Source: Promethearchaeota archaeon (GTDB lineage Archaea > Asgardarchaeota > Lokiarchaeia > Sigyniarchaeales > SOKP01). Taken from it: a stretch of 64,000 nt of DNA. How positions within the stretch are numbered: the stretch's first letter is position 1; each line of letters starts with the position of its first letter. Positions 20,490 to 31,299 of the stretch are shown piece by piece. The position numbers were made by a program, and so were the translations under genes. A model generated the notes under the pieces. The model ran no database searches, was not told the DNA's origin, and saw only the letters and a program-made list of their open reading frames with translations. The DNA lies in assembly GCA_048938895.1 (NCBI GenBank), contig JBHLLU010000003.1, positions 32,001-96,000 of the forward strand, given 5' to 3'.

Positions 20490-20933
20490 TTATTCTCCTA
20501 AAAATTTTTCAAAAACGAAAGCCACCACGCATAATACTCCTGCAAGTAGAACTCCAATTGGAGCGAAACCTACGGTTAACCCCTCAGAATCAAAAACAAA
20601 CATCAATATTGGAAAAATAATTAATGCAATTCCGGTTAAAATGTAGACTAACCAATCCCATTTAAATTCCATGCCTTTCATATTGTGAAGTCCATAGAAT
20701 AACAATAATGCCGCTGCAAAAGCAGCAAATCCGAAAGTCCAAAGAGTGGCTGCATTACCACCAATCCACATATCAGTACCACCACCACTAGCATAAGTAA
20801 TAATAGCGCCCCACCAGTACTGAACGGTTACAGGACCTGTCTTATCACTGGCTACAGGAGTTAAGAGTGCGATAATCAATAAAACCGCGGCAATTAAAAT
20901 ATACAACCAAGTATCCTTTTTAAAATCAACCAT
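20490..20933 (-). CDS. Small membrane protein, about 4 TM, unknown function
   Basis: 147 aa hydrophobic ORF. Confidence 0.7.
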   Translation of the reverse strand: MVDFKKDTWLYILIAAVLLIIALLTPVASDKTGPVTVQYWWGAIITYASGGGTDMWIGGNAATLWTFGFAAFAAALLLFYGLHNMKGMEFKWDWLVYILTGIALIIFPILMFVFDSEGLTVGFAPIGVLLAGVLCVVAFVFEKFLGE

Positions 20934-21526
20934 TTTTTTTCAACTCAATTTTTGTAAATTTTATTACAAGCTTTTTTTAAAAATTGTACGTTAAGTTTTC
21001 TATCGTTGTTAAAATATATAAATCTTAGGAATAATCCCTTCTTTTTAAGTCTAACCTTAGAATTAATGTGCAAAAAAAAATACGACAAAAAAATAAGTAT
21101 TGCCCTATTAATAAAGAAAAATTGGTTTTTCTCGATTTCTTTTGGGTTTTAAGAGAACATAATTAATTTTAATTTCTAATTTACTAACAATAAATAAATA
21201 CGTTGAATCTGTCAAGGTCAAATTACAAAGAGTCATATTATTTATTTAAATTCGATTAATCCTCAAATTATAGATATTTCATATATGAAACAATATCTTA
21301 AAATGAATATGGTGTTTTTTGAACATCATTAATTAATAAATGCCTTTAATAATATATTTATAGCACGAAAATCAGATTCGATTTCAATTAGAAATCCCCT
21401 TTTTTTAAATAATTACCTAATTAAACATATCTACATGTTTTTATACTTGTTCTCCCCTTTATTCTAATAACATTTCAATTTATAATTTGTTTAAATACAA
21501 GAAAATAATGAATCAAGTGGTTTAAT

Positions 21527-22276
21527 ATGGGAGAAACTGATAAATTAGTCAGATTTGATGAAGAAACCTCACCATCAAAATTCATTGCGCTCATCGCAGT
21601 TCTCTTTATGATTTTCGAAGCTATAGAAATGTTCTATCAGTCAGATACATATCCAATTATAATATTTTTTGGTATTCTCGAAATAATACTTGCCGCGGTA
21701 ATCTTTTTTTCACTAGGTCTTTTTAATTTCTGGAAGATAAAAATACCATATTTATGGTGGCTTATGCTTATCTTTTTTCTAGTTTTATCAGGCCTTGAAT
21801 CTTTAGCTGCATTTCTCGATTTTCGATATCCATTTATGAGTAATTTTGATTTTACTTATTTTCCTTCGGTTCTATTGTTCTTCGTATTTTTAGTAGAAAT
21901 AATTCAACAAAAGAAGGAATGGAAAGCTTCAGAGATTTTAACTCTTTTCGGTGCTCTTTTTGCAATTTGGGATTGTATTTTAGTGTTCGGCTATTGGGCT
22001 AACCCTGGTGGTTTTATCTCTCCACGTAGTGGGGAATATTTTACATATGCATTTTTTGGATTGTTTTCAATAATCATTATGCTTCTAGCATACCAAGACT
22101 GGTTTGATATCAGAATTCCTTTCACATGGTGGGGCCTTTTAAGTGTCGGATTGTTCTTTTTTGTGATGGTGTCCCCGATTGCAAATTTTCAAGGGCAAAT
22201 TGAAGATCGTACTTATGCGGGTTTTGGTGGTATAATCCTCTTAATTGCAGCTGCATTGGGATTAAAAGATTATTAA
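21527..22276 (+). CDS. Polytopic membrane protein with internal duplication
   Basis: About 8 TM; KIKIPYLWW in the first half matches DIRIPFTWW in the second. Confidence 0.7.
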   Translation: MGETDKLVRFDEETSPSKFIALIAVLFMIFEAIEMFYQSDTYPIIIFFGILEIILAAVIFFSLGLFNFWKIKIPYLWWLMLIFFLVLSGLESLAAFLDFRYPFMSNFDFTYFPSVLLFFVFLVEIIQQKKEWKASEILTLFGALFAIWDCILVFGYWANPGGFISPRSGEYFTYAFFGLFSIIIMLLAYQDWFDIRIPFTWWGLLSVGLFFFVMVSPIANFQGQIEDRTYAGFGGIILLIAAALGLKDY

Positions 22277-22383
22277 ATTTATCAATAATAAATTTTTTTT
22301 TATTTTTTATCTGAATTCTTTGCTTAATTTTTAATTTCAAAATAAATTACTAAAGATAGTTATATTCATCAAAGTGAGTTTTT

Positions 22384-23670
22384 GTGGTTAAAGACATTGA
22401 AAAACAATTCATGAAAGCTGAGAAACTCTTCAAGGCTATGCAGTATAAACGAGCGGCAAAGTTATATGATAAAGTAGGGGATTTTTACATAAATCAAAAT
22501 AATTTTGAACTCGCTAGAAACTGTTATTTTGATGCTGCTAAATGCTGTATGAATGAGGATAAGTATTTAATTGGAATTGATTTTCTTAGGAAAGCCGGAA
22601 ATGCTTCACTTTCTAATAATGAGGTTGTAGATGCTAATCAATTTTTCAAAGAAACAATGAACTATATACCAAACTTACGAAGCGTTTCAGACCGAAATCA
22701 GAATTTTATTCTATTTTCCTGTTTATCGTATTTATGTCATTTTATTAAAGGTGAACAAGAAGAAGGGCTTAAGATTGTAAAGAAAATAAAGAATTCTGTT
22801 GATGATACTTATTTTCGGGAAAATCCGTTGATTCACCTAATAACAAATTTAACTATGATAATTAAAGAGAAAGATAAAAAATACGTTGAGAGAATTCAAA
22901 AAGATTTTAATAATTATAAATTTCGAGAAGCTGAAGCTTTTTTAGCAAAAAAGGCTTTGACTATAGCAAAAATGTATGCTTATTTGCTTATTACATTAAG
23001 TCTTAAGAAAAATATTTTTACTACAAATGAAACAATAAATTTATCGCTTGTTGTCAATACTAAACCTCTATTAGATATTAAACGAGATATTGAAATAAAA
23101 GATTTAACTATATCTAAAATCGGTATTACGCTTTCTGATAATTTAACTTCTCAGAAAAATCCTGAACTTCCGATTTCCATTCAACTAGGTCAAACTCGGG
23201 AAATTAATCTACTAATAAAACCCCACTTTCAAATGGAAAAGCCCTACATTGGTCCGATTATGTTGACATCAGATTTAGACGGAGATTTATTTTTTTCATA
23301 TGAAATATCTCAAATTTTAAAACCAAAATTAATATCTCCTCCTCCAACTCTCGAAATTTCAATGAAAAGTTTAAGACCTCCGCTCATTGATCAAACTTTT
23401 CCACTTGAAATCTTAATTGAAAACAAGAGTGAAGGAGAAGCTCTAAATCTTGATATAGAAGTGGAATTTCCAGAACAAATTAAGGTTATGAGAGGAACAT
23501 TAAAGAAACAAATATATTCCCTAAGATCTAATGAAAATATTAAATGGGAAGTTAATCTAAAGCCAATTGAAGCAGGAAATTACAAAATTAAGATTTTCAG
23601 TAAATTTAACGATCCTGATCAAAACTTAATTGAAGAAAAGAAAGAATTCCCACTTGATATAAAAATGTAA
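22384..23670 (+). CDS. SNAP/TPR-like helical N-terminus plus C-terminal Ig-like beta-sandwich domains
   Basis: RAAKLYDKVGDFY..LARNCYFDAAKC helical repeats; C-terminal FPLEILIENKSEGEALNLDIEVEFP..LKPIEAGNYKI strand pattern; GTG start. Confidence 0.55.
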   Translation: MVKDIEKQFMKAEKLFKAMQYKRAAKLYDKVGDFYINQNNFELARNCYFDAAKCCMNEDKYLIGIDFLRKAGNASLSNNEVVDANQFFKETMNYIPNLRSVSDRNQNFILFSCLSYLCHFIKGEQEEGLKIVKKIKNSVDDTYFRENPLIHLITNLTMIIKEKDKKYVERIQKDFNNYKFREAEAFLAKKALTIAKMYAYLLITLSLKKNIFTTNETINLSLVVNTKPLLDIKRDIEIKDLTISKIGITLSDNLTSQKNPELPISIQLGQTREINLLIKPHFQMEKPYIGPIMLTSDLDGDLFFSYEISQILKPKLISPPPTLEISMKSLRPPLIDQTFPLEILIENKSEGEALNLDIEVEFPEQIKVMRGTLKKQIYSLRSNENIKWEVNLKPIEAGNYKIKIFSKFNDPDQNLIEEKKEFPLDIKM

Positions 23671-23684
23671 AAGAGTGAATTATC

Positions 23685-24824
23685 CTAGATTACTATTGGT
23701 CCTTTATGGTTATATGTTACCTTTTCACATATGTCTTTGCCGATAATAATATCATCCTCTAATCGAAGACCCCATTTTCCTTTCCAATACAAACCTGGTT
23801 CATTCGTGTAAACCATATTCTCCTTAAGTAGGGAATCCTTAGAGACTTTCCAACTTACTCTTGGACCAACGTCATGGGCTTGAAAACCTAGGGAGTGTCC
23901 GAAACCGTGAAAAAATAATTTCTCATGATCGTATCCATTTTCTTCTAAATATTCACGACATTTTATAGCCGGTAGATTTGCAGGAGTGTTATCAACAAAA
24001 TACTTATTAGCTATTTCTTTTGATTCATAAAGAACATTATAAGCTTTAAGAAAATCTTCTGATGGTTTTTTACCGACCCAGAAAGTCCATGTTATATCAG
24101 AACACATCTGATCAATTTTTAACCCGGTATCAATTAATAGTACTCCTTCTTCAATTTTTTTATTAGATGTATTATGATGTGGATCAGCTGAGTGAGCTCC
24201 CGTTCCAATAATCATTGGGAATGAGGATTTCCCTATCTTCATATATTTATACTCAATTTCAGCTTTTAATTCATTTTCTTTCATTCCTTTTTTGAAAATA
24301 TCGGGAATGGTTTCCAATATTTCCAAAGTTGCTGTACATACATTTCGTAAATCTTTTAATTCCTCTTGATTCTTTACACTTCTTAATCCAAATATAATCG
24401 GTGCTGAGGATACAAATTCGGTGTTTGGGGCTAATTCTTTAATAGAAAAATAATCTCCAACTTTTAATTGATCAGCGTAAAAGAAGCTTTCATCAGTGAG
24501 AAGACCTTCAGCGATGTTCAGTGCAATCCGAGGTTTATTAATTATAGACTTCAATTTGGGAATAACATCTTTTAATGAACTAAATGAATCTACGTTGGCT
24601 TTAATACCTTTATTCTTCAATGAGTGTTCAATCATTGGAGCTTCCATCTCAACAGCAAGAATCTGATGTTCTCCATTTGCAGCAATGTAAATATATGTAA
24701 GAGAGGGAGCATTTACACCTAATAAAAAATGAGAGTGAACATCACTGCTTTCTTTAGAAATAGTTAACCAACCATCTACATTCATTTCTCTTATTAATTC
24801 CTGAGCGCGTTCAAATTTATTCAT
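23685..24824 (-). CDS. Xaa-Pro peptidase (M24 family)
   Basis: ADPHH, LIDTG..SDITWT, HGFGHSLGFQAHD, TNEPGLY, GLRLEDD. Confidence 0.9.
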   Translation of the reverse strand: MNKFERAQELIREMNVDGWLTISKESSDVHSHFLLGVNAPSLTYIYIAANGEHQILAVEMEAPMIEHSLKNKGIKANVDSFSSLKDVIPKLKSIINKPRIALNIAEGLLTDESFFYADQLKVGDYFSIKELAPNTEFVSSAPIIFGLRSVKNQEELKDLRNVCTATLEILETIPDIFKKGMKENELKAEIEYKYMKIGKSSFPMIIGTGAHSADPHHNTSNKKIEEGVLLIDTGLKIDQMCSDITWTFWVGKKPSEDFLKAYNVLYESKEIANKYFVDNTPANLPAIKCREYLEENGYDHEKLFFHGFGHSLGFQAHDVGPRVSWKVSKDSLLKENMVYTNEPGLYWKGKWGLRLEDDIIIGKDICEKVTYNHKGPIVI

Positions 24825-24980
24825 ATAGTAACCACATAGTTTCTAATCATTAATATAAACTTAATCTTAATTTGTTTATTTTTATTTTGATTTTCCATTT
24901 TATTAATCATAAAGCAGTAAAAAAATTATTAATCACTCTTTTCTTATATCTGTATAGAATAGAAAAATAATGATAATGTC

Positions 24981-26519
24981 ATGAAGCTTAAAGTTAAGGA
25001 AATTAATTTTGAAACCGGAAATACTAAGGATGTAGTTTTAAACATTAAAGACGCGCAGGAATTAGGGCAGAAAGCTGGAGAACGTATTTTTATTAAAAAC
25101 ATTCAGTCAAAGGCTATTCAAGATAAATTTTGGACTGCAATTATCCAAATCGATTACTCAAATTCAATAGTAGAACCTGGAGAAATTGGTGTATTTCTTG
25201 ATATTCTTCGTGAAAATAAAAATATGAGTAATAATGCAATTGTCTCTGTCAAACCTGCTGATCCCCCTGAATCATTTAAATTCATTCAAAAAAAAATTAA
25301 AGGAAATAAGCTTAAAAGCGAAGAAATAAATGCTATTGTCTCTGATGCTGTCTCAGGATCACTTTCTCGAATAGACTTGGCAGCATTTATTACAGGTGTT
25401 TCTATTAATGGGATGGACAATGAAGAAATGACTGCTCTAACTTTGGCTGAAACTAAAAGCGGGGAAATCTTTTATTTCGGAATGGATGTTTATGACAAGC
25501 ATAGTACCGGTGGAGTTCCAGGGAATAAAGTTTCCCTTATCATTGTTCCTATTGTTGCAGCTGCTGGGCTAACAATCCCTAAATCTTCGACAAGAGCAAT
25601 AACTTCACCATCAGGGACTGCTGATTCTATGGAAGTTTTAGCACCTGTTGCTTTTAATCCAGCTGAACTAAATGATATTGTTTCCAAAGAAAATGCATGT
25701 ATAATATGGGGAGGTGCCCTTGAAACAGCTCCCGCAGATAATATTCTAATTGAAATCGAACGTCCTTTACATATGGATCCAATCGGTTTGATGATTCCCT
25801 CTATTCTCACTAAAAAACTTTCATTGGGAGTAAAAAAATTAGTTCTTGATATTCCTGTTGGAGGTGGCACAAAATTTCCTACTCCGAACAATGGGAAACA
25901 ATTTGCTTATATATTTAAAGAAATTTCGGCAAATGTTGGTATTGAGGCTGAATGTGCTTTAACATTAGCCCATCAGCCAATTGGTCATGCGATTGGACCA
26001 GCATTAGAAGCAAAAGAAGCATTAAACCTACTTATGGATTATTCTGCAGGACCTAATTCACTAATAGAAAAATCTACCGATCTAGCGGGCATAATCCTCG
26101 AAATGAGTGGTAAAGCTCAGAAGGGTCAAGGTCAAAATCTAGCTAAAGATATCCTTCGTTCTGGAAAAGCATATGAAAAAATGAAAAGGATTATATCCGC
26201 CCAGGGAGGTAATCCCGATATAAAGCCTGAAGAGATTGAAATAGGTCCACATCTGAAAGAATTCTTTGCCGCAAAAGAAGGATACATTGTAGAAGTGAAT
26301 AATTCAATAATAAATCAGATAGCAAAAACAGCAGGCTGTCCAAGCTCAAAGACATCTGGTGTGGAAATAATTAAAAAACAAGGAGCAAAAGTTAAAGAGG
26401 GAGAAGTTGTTTTCAGAATTTATTCGCACAGTCAATCAAAATTAAGAAAAGCAGAAAAAATCTATAATGCGACTGGTGGTCCTATCCACTTAGGAGGAAT
26501 GATGATAGAGAGAATTTAA
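24981..26519 (+). CDS. AMP phosphorylase (archaeal thymidine phosphorylase family)
   Basis: N-terminal extension, DKHSTGGVPGNK, SSTRAITSPSGTAD, QPIGHAIGPALEA, AQGG. Confidence 0.9.
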   Translation: MKLKVKEINFETGNTKDVVLNIKDAQELGQKAGERIFIKNIQSKAIQDKFWTAIIQIDYSNSIVEPGEIGVFLDILRENKNMSNNAIVSVKPADPPESFKFIQKKIKGNKLKSEEINAIVSDAVSGSLSRIDLAAFITGVSINGMDNEEMTALTLAETKSGEIFYFGMDVYDKHSTGGVPGNKVSLIIVPIVAAAGLTIPKSSTRAITSPSGTADSMEVLAPVAFNPAELNDIVSKENACIIWGGALETAPADNILIEIERPLHMDPIGLMIPSILTKKLSLGVKKLVLDIPVGGGTKFPTPNNGKQFAYIFKEISANVGIEAECALTLAHQPIGHAIGPALEAKEALNLLMDYSAGPNSLIEKSTDLAGIILEMSGKAQKGQGQNLAKDILRSGKAYEKMKRIISAQGGNPDIKPEEIEIGPHLKEFFAAKEGYIVEVNNSIINQIAKTAGCPSSKTSGVEIIKKQGAKVKEGEVVFRIYSHSQSKLRKAEKIYNATGGPIHLGGMMIERI

Positions 26520-26540
26520 TTAACATTTTAAAATGAACCT

Positions 26541-28031
26541 ATGCCTTTAACACCGCAAGCAATTTACAGAGATTTTATAAATGGAGATTTGGATAAACCA
26601 TTTGCTACAGAACTGTTAATAACTCTTATAGATAATGCAGAAAATATTGAAACTCGCATTGAGAGTATCGATGTACTAAATAAACTTCAAGTCAATGATG
26701 ATAAAACCTTTGATTTTTTAGAACATTTATTGATTTCTGACCTAAATGAGGATATAAGAAACTTAACAATCTCTGTACTCAGAGATAGATATTTAGATAG
26801 AGCACTTGAACCTATGATTTGGGCTAGTGAGCATGAAAATTCATTAAAATGTTTGATATCTATTATTTTAACAGTTGGTCAAATTGATAATCATAATGCT
26901 AGAGAAGTCTTAATTAAAAAATTAAAAAAGTTCAGTAAGAATGAAGAAAAGCATATTTTACTGAATAATTCAGAAAAATTAGCAATAGAGAAATTGCCTA
27001 ATAGGGAATTAGCAGATATTTTAATTAATTATTATATAATCTCTTTCTTAAAGGCAACATTTGGATATTTTAGGTTTAAGCATAATGAATTGTGGAAGAT
27101 TACTGAATTAGATTTATCTAATGTTGAGAGATACAGCTCTGGCTTGAATAAACTAGAATATTTCCTAGAGCCTATTTTTTCTCTGAAAGCTCTTACTTCA
27201 TGTGATTTACGGTTTAATCACTTAACAACAATTCCAGACTGTTTCAATAACTCAATCGAATATTTAGATTTGAGTTATAATAAACTAATAAAACTTCCTA
27301 GCTTAAGTAATTATACGAATATTATAAGTTTGAATTTGAAATCAAACCGATTGAGGATCCTTCCGGAATCTATTGGTTCTCCACTAACTCTTGAGTATTT
27401 AAATTTGAGGAATAATATGTTAAAGTCTCTTCCCAAATCCATAAGCTTTCTTACTTCACTTAAAATTCTTGATTTACATGGGAATAAACTAGATTCCATC
27501 AAATTTGATCTGAGTAATTCAATAAAAGAATTAGAATTAGGATGGAATAATTTTAAATCAGTACCACAAGGTATAAAGTCATTGTTGTCATTAGAGAGAT
27601 TAGGATTAGGAGGTAATAAGTTATTGGAATTGCCAACTTGGATAGGTGATTTTAAGTTTCTTAAACAATTAGATTTATATGATAATAAATTAAATGAGAT
27701 TCCGGAATCAATTGGCAACCTTGGATCTTTGGAGAATTTAAACTTGCGAAATAATCAATTGAGTGTACTTCCTTCCTCATTACAAAATTTGAAATCTATT
27801 ATAAGTCTAAACTTAAGTTGGAATAATTTCTCAGTACTCCCAAATTGGATTGGTTCCTTATCGTTATTAGAGGAATTAAACCTATGGGGTAATCGATTAA
27901 CAGCCCTTCCTAAGTCAATAGCTTTACTGCCATCATTAAAAGTATTGGATTTGAATTTCAATCAATTTAATGAAATTCCCCCCTTTTTAAAAGAATTAAA
28001 AAAATCAAAAGGGCTAATCATAAAGTTATAA
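26541..28031 (+). CDS. HEAT-like N-terminal domain + leucine-rich repeat protein
   Basis: About 12 LRRs with roughly 23 aa spacing (LxxLxLxxNxLxxLPxSIG); N-terminal LEHLLISDLNEDIR helical repeats. Confidence 0.9.
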   Translation: MPLTPQAIYRDFINGDLDKPFATELLITLIDNAENIETRIESIDVLNKLQVNDDKTFDFLEHLLISDLNEDIRNLTISVLRDRYLDRALEPMIWASEHENSLKCLISIILTVGQIDNHNAREVLIKKLKKFSKNEEKHILLNNSEKLAIEKLPNRELADILINYYIISFLKATFGYFRFKHNELWKITELDLSNVERYSSGLNKLEYFLEPIFSLKALTSCDLRFNHLTTIPDCFNNSIEYLDLSYNKLIKLPSLSNYTNIISLNLKSNRLRILPESIGSPLTLEYLNLRNNMLKSLPKSISFLTSLKILDLHGNKLDSIKFDLSNSIKELELGWNNFKSVPQGIKSLLSLERLGLGGNKLLELPTWIGDFKFLKQLDLYDNKLNEIPESIGNLGSLENLNLRNNQLSVLPSSLQNLKSIISLNLSWNNFSVLPNWIGSLSLLEELNLWGNRLTALPKSIALLPSLKVLDLNFNQFNEIPPFLKELKKSKGLIIKL

Positions 28032-28077
28032 GAAGAAACCAGTAATTTAAAAAGGTTATGTCAATTCTTTTAAACTA

Positions 28078-29436
28078 ATGGAACTTACACCCGATAAAAT
28101 CTACAAAGACTACTTAAAAAACAATTTAGATAAACATTCAGCAGCAAGACTTTTATTATCCTTAATTGAAAATAGTGATAGTGATAAAATTAGAATTGAC
28201 TGTATTCGGGAAATTTCACGTATAGGAATCAAAGATGAGAACACTTTCAAAATTTTGGAGAATTTACTTATTTCTGACTCTAATGAAATAATTAGAAACA
28301 CAGCCGCTCTTACTTTAAGAAGTAATTACTTAGATAGAATATTTGAGCCAATGAAATGGGCACTTGTTCATGAGGAATCCCTAGATTGTTTAGAAACTAT
28401 TTACGAGACTCTAATTAGGATTATTCAAAAATATAAGGAAGACTCAAATCCGTTAGCTAAGTCAATATTACTTTCAGAGGTTGAAAAAATTCGACGGAAA
28501 GAATTTAAATTGGGATTTGAAATATTATGTGAAACAAAAAAGATTTATTCATTTACAAAAAAAGATCTTAGTGAAATCGTCATTAATTATTTCACTCTAC
28601 TTCTATTAGAGAAATCATATTGGCGAATAAAATATAAAATTGAAAAGTGTAAAATAACTGAATTAGATTTTATTTTTAAAGGTATAATAAGTCTTCCTGA
28701 AGCGATTAAGCACCTTAGCGATTTAAAGACTTTAATTCTAAGATATAATCAATTAATTCAACTTCCTGATTGGATTGATTCTCTTCAATCCCTTGAAGAA
28801 TTAAATGTCAACGTTAACAATCTAAATGAACTTCCTAATTCGATTGGAATGTTGAGCTCTCTCAAAGAATTATCTTTGTGGAAGAATGAGTTAACTTATC
28901 TCCCAAATTCAATTGGAAAATTGAGTTCATTAAAAACCTTAAATTTAAGGCTTAATCAAATAAAAAGATTACCAAAATCAATTGGGAACCTAGTTTCATT
29001 AAAATTGTTAGACTTACATGATAATCAATTGAATGAAATCCCCGAATCATTGGAGAACCTTAATTCCTTAGAAGAACTATTTCTAAGTTGGAATAATGTA
29101 AAAGAATTGCCAGAATCTATTGGATATATACCATTACTAAAGTTGCTTGACTTGGAAAGGAATGAATTAGTTGATATACCTGATAGTATTGGACATCTTA
29201 ATTCTTTAGAGATATTGAACTTGAGTGATAATAATTTAAAAAGAATTCCTGAAAGTATTGGTAATTTAGACAACCTAAGATATTTAAATCTATCAAGAAA
29301 TGAAATTGATGTACTCCCTAAATCACTTAAGTCATTGAACTCATTAAAAGAATTATATCTAGGAGAGAATCAAATAACAATCATCCCAGAACATCTAAAA
29401 AAACTTGAAGAAAGGGGATTAAAAATTTTTTTATAA
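28078..29436 (+). CDS. HEAT-like N-terminal domain + leucine-rich repeat protein (paralog of upstream gene)
   Basis: About 10 LRRs; N-terminal domain clearly homologous to 26541-28031. Confidence 0.9.
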   Translation: MELTPDKIYKDYLKNNLDKHSAARLLLSLIENSDSDKIRIDCIREISRIGIKDENTFKILENLLISDSNEIIRNTAALTLRSNYLDRIFEPMKWALVHEESLDCLETIYETLIRIIQKYKEDSNPLAKSILLSEVEKIRRKEFKLGFEILCETKKIYSFTKKDLSEIVINYFTLLLLEKSYWRIKYKIEKCKITELDFIFKGIISLPEAIKHLSDLKTLILRYNQLIQLPDWIDSLQSLEELNVNVNNLNELPNSIGMLSSLKELSLWKNELTYLPNSIGKLSSLKTLNLRLNQIKRLPKSIGNLVSLKLLDLHDNQLNEIPESLENLNSLEELFLSWNNVKELPESIGYIPLLKLLDLERNELVDIPDSIGHLNSLEILNLSDNNLKRIPESIGNLDNLRYLNLSRNEIDVLPKSLKSLNSLKELYLGENQITIIPEHLKKLEERGLKIFL

Positions 29437-29439
29437 TTT

Positions 29440-31203
29440 TTATTGAGTGTCATATAACTCTTTTATTTCTTGTACAGTTGTAATATCTTTTGGACCTTTT
29501 TCAGGACGTAATCTTTGAAATACAGGAAATCTCATGGAATACCCTAAGGTTATAAATTTTTCACTAATTGTTATTTCATCACCTGTTATCTCCATAACAA
29601 CTTCTGGGTTTAGCCAAATATCTGGTTTATCTTCACATATAACATTAGATGGTCTCCTTTCCATTCTGTATTCTTCTAATTCTTTTGTAAGTGTTTCTGA
29701 CAATTCATCATTGATCCCTGAAAAAAAACGTGTAAAAGCTATGTAATTATCGCTTTCAGGATCGTATACTGCGCCTATATACGTCCCCAATACACCCGTC
29801 CTACGTCCTTTCCCGTAAAAAGCTCCCACTAAAACCACATCAACATTATCCTTTAATTTTCCCCCCTCTAAGCTTTTCAATTTTAGCCATTTATAACCAC
29901 GATTTCCTGCTTGATATACTGAATCGTCTTTAATCGATTTAGCCATTATTCCTTCACATCCTTTTTCTCTAGCCTCATTAAAGAAATCAAGTAATTCTTC
30001 TGTAGTATTGATATACACTGATTCAACTAACCTTAACTCATCCCTCTCTTTTACAATTTCTTCAAGTTTGGATCTCCTTTCTTGGAAAGATCTGTCGATA
30101 TAAGATTTATCTTCCAACTTTAGTAGATCAAATACATAAAAACATACAGGAACTTCCTTTATAATATCTTTAACATCATATTTTCGTCGTCTTTGACTTA
30201 ATACTTGAAAAGGAAGCATTTTTTCATACACATGGTCCATGGCAACAACTTCCCCCTCAAATATTACATCTTTGGCTTTTATGTTTTCTTGTATAATTTT
30301 GCAAACATCAGGATATTGTTCCGAGATATCAAGTAATCGTCTGGAAAATAATATAATATTGTCATCCTTTTTATGGATTTGGAGTCTTTCACCATCTAAT
30401 TTATATTCTCCTATAAATGGTACACCTAATCTATTAATGAATTCGGTGTATATTTCTCTTGAAGCAAGCATACTAAGAATTGGAATACCATATTCTATTT
30501 CGATTTCTTTAACTTTTTCTAAACCCTTCTCTGCTAATATTTTTGAAATTTCGCCTAAATCAGGATGCAAATTATAGGCTTTTTCAATACTATCCTTGTT
30601 TTCTCTATTACCTGTGAAAGCTAGAGCTAAACCTTCAATTATTGTGGGAGACTGAACCCCAACCCTTAATGTAGATGTGATAATCCTTAATAAATATTTA
30701 GTTTCCAATGGGGAACTTCTTCTTATTAATCCTCTTAGTATTCCTAGTTTGACATCATGCGATCCAGTGCCTTCAGTCAAGGCAATTTTTTTTAATTCTG
30801 CATATAATTCAGAAATTTTTAGAGATAATTCTGAATTATCATCACTTTGATTATAATCAAATAAAGATTTCTGTTTCTTTTTTTTCAAAAGTATAAATTC
30901 TGCTGTCGCTCCAATATCCCCCTGTTTAACGAGCACTTCTTTTATTCTTTTACTTTCTAATCCAGAATGTAGAGCTAAAGCTTCAATGATCATCTTTTCA
31001 GCTATTCCCATCTTGGGAAATTGTTTTATATTAGGAACTAATTGGCCTTGTAAAAGGTAAATAATTTTATCCAAATCCTTAAAATCTCCAGTTTTTCTTA
31101 TATCTTCAAAAAAAGATGATAGGATGTCAATCATTTCAAGTCTTTTTGTAGTGTTCTCCAGTGCAGAAAACAAGTGTGCTAGCTTATTGAATTTCATTAT
31201 CAT
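29440..31203 (-). CDS. lig: ATP-dependent DNA ligase
   Basis: EYKLDGERLQIH, EGEVV, FDLL, EGIMAK, WLKLK, MRFPVF. Confidence 0.95.
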   Translation of the reverse strand: MIMKFNKLAHLFSALENTTKRLEMIDILSSFFEDIRKTGDFKDLDKIIYLLQGQLVPNIKQFPKMGIAEKMIIEALALHSGLESKRIKEVLVKQGDIGATAEFILLKKKKQKSLFDYNQSDDNSELSLKISELYAELKKIALTEGTGSHDVKLGILRGLIRRSSPLETKYLLRIITSTLRVGVQSPTIIEGLALAFTGNRENKDSIEKAYNLHPDLGEISKILAEKGLEKVKEIEIEYGIPILSMLASREIYTEFINRLGVPFIGEYKLDGERLQIHKKDDNIILFSRRLLDISEQYPDVCKIIQENIKAKDVIFEGEVVAMDHVYEKMLPFQVLSQRRRKYDVKDIIKEVPVCFYVFDLLKLEDKSYIDRSFQERRSKLEEIVKERDELRLVESVYINTTEELLDFFNEAREKGCEGIMAKSIKDDSVYQAGNRGYKWLKLKSLEGGKLKDNVDVVLVGAFYGKGRRTGVLGTYIGAVYDPESDNYIAFTRFFSGINDELSETLTKELEEYRMERRPSNVICEDKPDIWLNPEVVMEITGDEITISEKFITLGYSMRFPVFQRLRPEKGPKDITTVQEIKELYDTQ

Positions 31204-31299
31204 TCATGGGATTAGTTTGAAATATTTTTATGTAAAACCTATTACATAATAAAAAAGAATATAATAAAAATAATAATAATTATGAGTATCTGAATTTTT

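Noticed and set aside
20934-21526. Long intergenic region as possible ncRNA or CRISPR leader
   Set aside because: Very AT-rich, with no direct repeats or GC-rich stems seen; consistent with divergent promoters.
27200-29400. Periodic nucleotide similarity suggesting a repeat array
   Set aside because: Explained by LRR coding repeats.
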